From positions 1-11,805 of the forward strand of contig CAYHYM010000016.1 of the NCBI GenBank assembly GCA_964360965.1: a stretch of DNA of 11,805 nt, read 5' to 3'. The notes under the pieces are model-generated. The model was not told where the DNA came from. It worked only from the letters and a program-made list of their open reading frames with translations, and searched no databases. Each line of letters starts with the position of its first letter. Positions within the stretch are counted from its first letter, which is position 1. Positions 6,413 through 10,845 of the stretch are shown piece after piece. Made by a program: the position numbers and the translations under genes. This DNA is from an uncultured Gammaproteobacteria bacterium. GTDB taxonomy: Bacteria > Patescibacteriota > Microgenomatia > Daviesbacterales > UBA10151.

Positions 6413-6456
6413 AAAAAGGATTCCCTGGTCCGTCTGCCTCCAGGGAATCCTTTTTT
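6413..6456. terminator. Bidirectional intrinsic terminator (hairpin 3, A5-stem-T6)
   Basis: An 11-bp GC-rich stem GGATTCCCTGG / CCAGGGAATCC is flanked by AAAAA (6413-6417) and TTTTTT (6451-6456). On the minus strand it starts at the stop codon of the 44-aa ORF. Confidence 0.55.
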
Positions 6457-6589
6457 ACCCTCTAACCATCAGTATCAATTTTTGATCAGATGATCCTAAA
6501 ACTTTCTTGACCTGTTCTGTCATCACATCAATACTTTTAATTTTCAGCTTTTTCTCGCTTTTAGGAGCCCAAATCCTTTGTATAAACAT
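6455..6589 (-). CDS. Small hypothetical ORF (44 aa, MFIQRIWAPKSEKKLKIKSIDVMTEQVKKVLGSSDQKLILMVRG)
   Basis: It falls below the 60-aa cutoff of the ORF track and was read by hand. The ATG is at 6589 and the TAA at 6457->6455. Its own TTGACA-17-TAGAGT promoter lies 12 nt upstream, which predicts a near-leaderless mRNA. The stop abuts a terminator hairpin. There is no SD and no recognisable homology. Confidence 0.25.
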   Translation of the reverse strand: MFIQRIWAPKSEKKLKIKSIDVMTEQVKKVLGSSDQKLILMVRG

Positions 6590-6601
6590 AAAGTAATAAT
6601 T

Positions 6602-6630
6602 ACTCTACCACCCAAAAAACTATTTGTCAA
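6602..6630 (-). promoter_or_regulatory. Putative promoter for the 44-aa ORF
   Basis: The minus strand reads TTGACA (6630->6625), a 17-nt spacer, then TAGAGT (6607->6602). The ATG follows 12 nt later. Confidence 0.35.
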
Positions 6631-6793
6631 GTATTTGCTAACCCATAGATTTTTTTATACTAAAATTCCATAGTCCTGTAGTTTTAAAAGGGGGTTACCA
6701 TGAGTAATTTAGGCTGTTATAACAAGCTAAAATAAGTGTATATTTTTGGATATTAACAGGAATTTAGGAGATGTGGATAACTTGCTAATGACA

Positions 6794-7669
6794 CTAAAAG
6801 GATGTCTTTCCAAATATCATTCTGCCTGCATCCTGCTGCAGCAGTTTTGTCACTTCTATATTGATCTCTTGACCCACAAATAGGGCCCCTTCACTTACCA
6901 CCACCATGGTACCGTCAGACAAATATCCTATCCCTTGAGCAGGATTTTTGCCTAAATGCATTATCTTCACAGTCATTTTTTCTCCTGGAATAACTATGGT
7001 CCTTAAAGCATTACTTAGCTCATTGACATTTAACACCTCTATACCATGAGTTTGGGCCATTTTATTTAAATTAAAATCAGTAGTTAAGATTTTACCGGAG
7101 ATGGCTTTGGCCAGTTTGATCAGTTTCTCATCAACTTCGGCTTTGCCTGCTTCCTTATCCCATATCTCCACTTTGATCCCGGCCATCTTTTTCAAATCAT
7201 TTAAAATTTCAAAACCCCTCCTACCCCTGGCCCGCTTGATGGAATCTTTGGAATCTGCCACCTGTTGAAGTTCCAGCAGGATAAAATTGGGCACAATTAA
7301 AATACCTGAAATAAAACCGGTTTTGGCAATATCCAAAATCCTGCCATCAATCAAACTGGAAGTGTCAACCACCAGTGATTTTCTAAGATTGGTTCTTTGG
7401 GCAGGTCTGGGCAGTCGCAGTAGTTGATTTAAAATCTCTGAGGATACCCTTTGAACTACAAAATTAAAAATTGATATGGTGGATGTGGTCGCCTTGGTGG
7501 CAATGTCGGGGAAAAATAGAAACCCCAAAAATCCAGCCACCACAGTTACCAATATTTTAACAGCTAAGGTATCAGTCCCTTTAAGTGGAGGGATCAGTTC
7601 TGAGTAAATAACTGCCAATGTGGCAAAAATGGCAGCTACCAGTAGCCGCAATATTAACCTGATAGGCAC
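6794..7669 (-). CDS. Membrane-anchored PIN/TRAM domain protein (YacL-like)
   Basis: 291-aa ORF with a GTG start preceded by AAGGAA 8 nt upstream. It has N-terminal TM helices. The PIN-like core is VVDTSSLIDGRILDIAKTGFISGILIVPNFILLELQQVADSKDSIKRARGRRGFEILN. The C-terminal TRAM-like segment is GQEINIEVTKLLQQDAGRMIFGK. Confidence 0.85.
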   Translation of the reverse strand: MPIRLILRLLVAAIFATLAVIYSELIPPLKGTDTLAVKILVTVVAGFLGFLFFPDIATKATTSTISIFNFVVQRVSSEILNQLLRLPRPAQRTNLRKSLVVDTSSLIDGRILDIAKTGFISGILIVPNFILLELQQVADSKDSIKRARGRRGFEILNDLKKMAGIKVEIWDKEAGKAEVDEKLIKLAKAISGKILTTDFNLNKMAQTHGIEVLNVNELSNALRTIVIPGEKMTVKIMHLGKNPAQGIGYLSDGTMVVVSEGALFVGQEINIEVTKLLQQDAGRMIFGKTSF

Positions 7670-7721
7670 AAAATAATTCCTTTATCTACCTTAGTATTTT
7701 GCCACAAAAGCAGAGAAAAAT

Positions 7722-8354
7722 CTAGAGGCGGTCTTTTCCCAAAATTACTTCTGCCGAGGCGCTGTCTTCATCCTTTAACAAAGTTTTATCCTCAAGTGCC
7801 GCAAAATCAGGTGATAAATCCTTAATTAACTGTTTTAAAAGATCAGACAATCCACTTTTTACTCTGATTAATGTTTGGGCTGAAGTTGAGGCATTGCCGG
7901 TTTTATCAATACTATAGCCCAGTTCTTTTAACCTGGCTGAAGTTGAACCGGCCAGACCTATCTTGTCGGTGCCGTTTAATACCCTGATAATATATTTTGA
8001 GCGGCTAAATGAAGGGGTTGAAGTTAAAACAGGTGTGGGAGAGGGAGAAGAATCAAAGGTAATTTCTATTTGTGGGGAAGGTGAGGGAGAGCTTTGGGGT
8101 TTTACAGTTGATTTTCCTTTTAAAAAGTAAAATGAAACTGCAAATAAAATAGCTACTGCCAAAGATAGCAGTATCAAAATTTTCTTGCCTCCTCCGGCGC
8201 TATTTGAATTCATGACACCTGAATAAAGAGGATCTTTTGATATTTGGAATTTTCTCTTTGGTTCAATATCAATTTCTCCCATCTCTTGTACGTCCTGTTC
8301 ATTCTCAACCAGCTGATTATCCAAAGATTCATCACTTTTCTTTTGTTGATCCAT
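7722..8354 (-). CDS. LytR_C (LytR/CpsA/Psr C-terminal) domain protein with an acidic N-terminus, one TM helix and a Ser/Pro linker
   Basis: 210-aa ORF. The TM segment is KKILILLSLAVAILFAVSFYFL and the linker is SSPSPSPQ..SSPSPTP. The C-terminal region YIIRVLNGTDKIGLAGSTSARLKELGYSI...AEVILGKD is typical of LytR_C. Confidence 0.75.
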   Translation of the reverse strand: MDQQKKSDESLDNQLVENEQDVQEMGEIDIEPKRKFQISKDPLYSGVMNSNSAGGGKKILILLSLAVAILFAVSFYFLKGKSTVKPQSSPSPSPQIEITFDSSPSPTPVLTSTPSFSRSKYIIRVLNGTDKIGLAGSTSARLKELGYSIDKTGNASTSAQTLIRVKSGLSDLLKQLIKDLSPDFAALEDKTLLKDEDSASAEVILGKDRL

Positions 8355-8362
8355 TACCGCAT

Positions 8363-8391
8363 ATTAAAGATCAAATCCTCTTATTTGTCAA
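8363..8391 (-). promoter_or_regulatory. Putative promoter for the LytR_C gene; predicts a leaderless mRNA
   Basis: The minus strand reads TTGACA (8391->8386), a 17-nt spacer, then TTTAAT (8368->8363). Only 8 nt separate the -10 from the ATG at 8354, and there is no SD. Confidence 0.45.
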
Positions 8392-8429
8392 TACTTCAAA
8401 GCGTAACTATTCAGTATTTCCCGGAAACT

Positions 8430-8500
8430 GTCATCCCTGCGAAGGCAGGGATCCAATTAACTATTTCTGCTAATTAGATTCCCGCCTATGCGGGAATGAC
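8430..8500. repeat. Pair of related REP-like hairpins in inverted orientation (REPIN/BIME-like doublet)
   Basis: Copy A on the + strand is GTCATCCCTGC-GAAG-GCAGGGATCC (8430-8454). Copy B on the - strand is GTCATTCCCGC-ATAG-GCGGGAATC (8500->8477). Both have GTCAT followed by an 8-bp stem and a tetraloop. They lie in the gap between the S1 gene stop and the LytR_C promoter. Confidence 0.7.
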
Positions 8501-8539
8501 ACTGGGAAGAACTGAACTCATACTTCAAAGCAAAGGAGT

Positions 8540-9286
8540 TCATTTATATATTAACCCTTTGGTGCTAGTCAATATGGGCATTAGATTAATTCTTTTTCTT
8601 CCCTTATCAATACTATCTATTAAAACTTCCAACTTTTGGCCTGCTTTATAAGAACTGCCGGGATTAAGTTTGGCGGCAGGCAAAAAACCCGTCACTTCAT
8701 CTTCCAGTGTAACCACTATCCCAGCCGGAGTAATAGCCTCAACCACTCCTGAAACTTTATCATCGGATTTATACTTTTGCAGCTGCTCCTCTGAAACCTG
8801 TACTTTCTGGGAAAAAATTAATATGTTTTGAGATTGGTCAACTTCTGCCACTTGTACCTGAATCTGCTGACCAATCATCCCTGTTAAACCATCTACTCCC
8901 TGCTTGGTAAGAGAACTTGGCAGAAAACCCGTCACTCCATCTGCTTCCACAATTAATCCCCCTTTGTTAGCCTCAATTACCCTACCTGTTAATTGTGAAT
9001 GCCGTGTGGGAAATCTTTTCTTTTCTGTTGATCCTTTTTGTAAAGACAACACTACCTGACCATTCTCATTTTCCGCATTTATAACAAAAACTGAAATTTT
9101 ATCTCCTACTTTTGCCTCTTTAAGCTTTGGGGAATCTTTGATATTGATAATTCCTTCAGCTTTGGCACCTAAATCTACCACCATTTCTTTATCATCTCTT
9201 TCAATAATCCGGCCTTCCACCTCCATGCCCCGGGTCAAACTTAGGGGTTTATCAAGAGAGGCTAAAAGCTCCTCCATGGTTACCAT
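8540..9286 (-). CDS. S1 RNA-binding domain protein (three S1 repeats; short ribosomal-protein-S1-like)
   Basis: 248-aa ORF. The three S1/OB-like repeats are GMEVEGRIIERDDKEMVVDLGAKAEGII, LTGRVIEANKGGLIVEADGVTGFLPSS and VSGVVEAITPAGIVVTLEDEVTGFLPAAKL. An AGGTGA SD lies 6 nt upstream of the ATG at 9286. Confidence 0.85.
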   Translation of the reverse strand: MVTMEELLASLDKPLSLTRGMEVEGRIIERDDKEMVVDLGAKAEGIINIKDSPKLKEAKVGDKISVFVINAENENGQVVLSLQKGSTEKKRFPTRHSQLTGRVIEANKGGLIVEADGVTGFLPSSLTKQGVDGLTGMIGQQIQVQVAEVDQSQNILIFSQKVQVSEEQLQKYKSDDKVSGVVEAITPAGIVVTLEDEVTGFLPAAKLNPGSSYKAGQKLEVLIDSIDKGRKRINLMPILTSTKGLIYK

Positions 9287-9311
9287 CCATTTTCACCTAC
9301 TTTCTTTTTAA

Positions 9312-9432
9312 GTCCCGGCAGTGAGGTATTTTCACATATCCTTGCGAATATATTATCGTCCCCGCTGAGGCGTTTCACGACCCTGTTCGGAATGGAAAAG
9401 GGGTGGGACCACCTCGCTAAAACCACCGAGAG
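9312..9432 (-). rRNA. rrf: 5S ribosomal RNA
   Basis: The reverse complement contains GGTGGTCCCACCCCTTTTCCATTCCGAACAGGGTCGTGAAACGCCTCAGCG, which matches the conserved 5S loop B / helix III / CCGAAC / GUGAAAC blocks. Helix I closes as UCUCGGUGG (9431->9423) with CUGCCGGGA (9321->9313). Ends are good to about 3 nt. Confidence 0.9.
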
Positions 9433-9436
9433 CTAT

Positions 9437-9465
9437 AGTATACTAAAAGGAATTTCAAATCTCAA
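9437..9465 (-). promoter_or_regulatory. Putative dedicated promoter for 5S rRNA
   Basis: The minus strand reads TTGAGA (9465->9460), a 17-nt spacer, then TATACT (9442->9437). The predicted TSS 6-7 nt later coincides with the inferred mature 5S 5' end (9431-9432). Confidence 0.45.
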
Positions 9466-9579
9466 GCACCAAGTGTCATCTATTAACAAACTATATCAAA
9501 GTGAATCTGCAGTACCAGCAGTTCAACCAAGGTAAAACCCTTCGACTCTCTTCCTTCGACTTTGCTCAGGACAAGTCGT

Positions 9580-9631
9580 TCGCTCAGGGCAAGTCCTTTT
9601 TGGTGGGCAGACATAATTCAAATATACCATA
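9580..9631. repeat. Left copy of a 52-bp imperfect direct repeat bracketing the TA cassette; preceded by a partial extra copy at 9562-9578
   Basis: In an ungapped alignment with 10265-10316, 14 of the first 17 nt match (TCGCTCAGG...) and 18 of the last 22 nt match (...GACATA..TATACCATA). The centre is divergent, but GGGCAGA is present in both. On the minus strand it contains TGGTATATT, an extended -10-like element. Confidence 0.7.
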
Positions 9632-9633
9632 CT

Positions 9634-9891
9634 CTAACCATATAAATTACTATGCGAATCTATGGCCACAAAAATAATTTCATCTTGAACTTGTTTGTAA
9701 ATTACCCTCAAATCTCCTGTAACATTAATACTTCTAAAACCACGATACTTTCCCTGAAGAGAATGATTATTTAAAGTTTCGTGGAATTGATCTTGACCAA
9801 ACAGCTTTAATCTTTGCATCAATCTTTCTTTCTGTCTGATAGTTAACCTTTTAGAATCTTTAATAAAATCCTTATGATAATTAATTACCAT
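9634..9891 (-). CDS. Type II toxin, RelE/YafQ-family mRNA interferase
   Basis: 85-aa ORF (..KRLTIRQKERLMQRLKLF..HSLQGKYRGFRSINVTGDLRVIYKQVQDEIIFVAIDSHSNLY). The size, motif layout and 7-nt overlap (ATGGTAA) with the upstream antitoxin gene are typical of this family. Confidence 0.85.
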   Translation of the reverse strand: MVINYHKDFIKDSKRLTIRQKERLMQRLKLFGQDQFHETLNNHSLQGKYRGFRSINVTGDLRVIYKQVQDEIIFVAIDSHSNLYG

Positions 9892-10163
9892 TGCTTTTCG
9901 AGGTAATCAATGGCTTCATCCATATTCTTAAAGCTAGGCGAAAGATTTCTATCATGCTTAATATCCTCTTCCACTCTACCCAGTAATTTTTCCAGTTCAG
10001 GAGTCATTTGGGGGATATCGGAAAAAACAATCTCCCTGGTTCTGATAAAATTTCTTAAAGAAGCATTTATCACATCAGATAAGGTTAACCCTAAATCTTT
10101 AGCAGCCTTTTGAGCATTTTCCTTAACTTCTTTATCAGCTTTAATGTGGATTACTGTTGTCAT
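9885..10163 (-). CDS. Type II antitoxin, RelB/DinJ family (ribbon-helix-helix)
   Basis: 92-aa ORF. The N-terminal VIHIKADKEVKENAQKAAKDLGLTLSDVINASLRNFI matches the RelB/DinJ RHH pattern. It overlaps the toxin gene. Confidence 0.8.
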   Translation of the reverse strand: MTTVIHIKADKEVKENAQKAAKDLGLTLSDVINASLRNFIRTREIVFSDIPQMTPELEKLLGRVEEDIKHDRNLSPSFKNMDEAIDYLEKQW

Positions 10164-10171
10164 ATAACCAA

Positions 10172-10200
10172 AGTATATACGATGGTTACAAACTTGTCAA
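10172..10200 (-). promoter_or_regulatory. Near-consensus promoter of the TA operon; predicts a leaderless mRNA
   Basis: The minus strand reads TTGACA (10200->10195), a 17-nt spacer, then TATACT (10177->10172). Only 8 nt separate the -10 from the ATG at 10163, and there is no SD. Confidence 0.55.
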
Positions 10201-10217
10201 TAACCTACAAAAGTCTG

Positions 10218-10244
10218 ATTAGTATGATATTCTCATTAGTATGA
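10218..10244. promoter_or_regulatory. Direct repeat ATTAGTATGA x2 (10218-10227 and 10235-10244; period 17) just upstream of the TA promoter; possible operator
   Basis: The repeats were read directly. The operator role is an inference from the known autoregulation of type II TA operons by RHH antitoxins. Confidence 0.3.
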
Positions 10245-10264
10245 ATTATACTCAAAGCTCACCA

Positions 10265-10316
10265 TCGCTCAGGACAGGACCACGGGCAGATTTGGACATA
10301 TTTTTAGTATACCATA
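10265..10316. repeat. Right copy of the 52-bp imperfect direct repeat bracketing the TA cassette
   Basis: See 9580-9631. On the minus strand it contains TGGTATACT (extended -10-like). It lies about 115 nt downstream of the inferred 23S 3' end. Confidence 0.7.
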
Positions 10317-10428
10317 TATTTGTACCCTGAAATGTGAATACGTCCCGCACTAGTCGCTTTCGCTCCAGTACGGGATTAGAAGGCCATAACCACCAACAGT
10401 ACAAATGATGTACCGAATGGTGGGTCAC

Positions 10429-10845
10429 AAAAAATCTCAACCATAACCATTAGTACTGGTAGGCTAAAACTGTTACCAGCCTTACACCGCCAGCCTATCA
10501 ATCCTTCGATTACTCTCAGGATTCCCTTACGGGAGGTCGTAGTCTACGACCGGTCTTTATAGATACCTCATCTTGGGGTCTGCTTCGTGCTTAGATGCTT
10601 TCAGCGCTTATCAGTTAGCAACGTAGCTACCCAGCGTTGCAGGTTTACCCACAACTGGCACACTAGAGGTTGCCTCATCTCGGTCCTCTCGTACTAGAGA
10701 CAACTCCCCTCAAGTATCAAAACGCCCATGTTGGATAGAGACCGAACTGGCTTACGCCGTTCTGAACCCAGCTCGCGTACCGTTTTAACGGGCGAACAGC
10801 CCGACCCTTCCCACCTACTTCAGCAGGAGGATACGATGAGCCGAC
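10429..10845 (-). rRNA. rrl: 23S ribosomal RNA, 3' exon (domain V 3' part plus domain VI)
   Basis: The reverse complement contains GTCGGCTCATC...GGTACGCGAGCTGGGTTCAGAAC. It also has the sarcin-ricin loop CTAGTACGAGAGGACCGAG, then GATAAGCGCTGAAAGCATCTAAGCACGAAGC and ...GATAGGCTGG...CAGTACTAATGG. The 3' end is placed by analogy with E. coli 23S from memory and is good to about 10 nt. Confidence 0.9.

Larger units (their letters stand above)
6311..6456 (+). ncRNA. Candidate small non-coding RNA of unknown family: three consecutive stem-loops, each with GUCUGC in the loop
   Basis: Hairpin 1: stem 6315-6329/6339-6353 (15 bp including 2 G.U), loop GUCUGCUUA. Hairpin 2: stem 6364-6377/6395-6408, loop UUCGAGUCCGUCUGCGG, followed by U7. 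Hairpin 3: stem 6413-6428/6440-6455, loop UCCGUCUGCCU, followed by a U-run. Loops 2 and 3 share the 10-mer GTCCGTCTGC. No ORF of 60 aa or more is present. The ends are predicted, and the transcript may stop at 6412. Confidence 0.4.

Noticed and set aside
6364-6456. Treating hairpins 2 and 3 purely as ordinary terminators for the convergent minus-strand genes
   Set aside because: This is not fully rejected, because hairpin 3 is bidirectional and probably does terminate the minus-strand unit. Hairpin 2 only has a proper T-tract on the + strand. The identical 10-nt loop sequence on unrelated stems, together with a third GUCUGC loop and an adjacent + strand promoter, is not explained by termination alone.
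6700-6735. An 11-codon mini-ORF (MSNLGCYNKLK) preceded by a strong SD-like AAGGGGG 5 nt upstream, + strand
   Set aside because: The SD spacing is tempting. The ORF is tiny, has no convincing promoter, and points into the 3' end of the convergent PIN/TRAM gene. On the minus strand the G-run is simply CCCCC in a 3' UTR. There is not enough support to call a leader peptide.
8237-8477. Track ORFs 8237..8473 and 8244..8477 (+)
   Set aside because: They are antisense to the 5' end of the LytR_C gene and then read through its promoter and the REP-like hairpins (for example ..VIPAKAGIQ..). They are better explained as non-coding repeat sequence.
10320-10429. A second 5S-like gene just after 23S (minus strand TGTTGGTGGTTATGGCC resembles a 5S 5' end)
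   Set aside because: It lacks the CCGAAC / GUGAAAC core blocks that are present in the real 5S at 9312-9432. It is more likely 23S trailer and processing-stem sequence.
10252-10440. Track ORF 10252..10440 (-), 62 aa
   Set aside because: It starts within the last ~12 nt of 23S rRNA and covers the rRNA trailer and the right 52-bp repeat. The composition is His/Trp/Cys-rich and odd, and there is no SD or promoter. It is most likely spurious.
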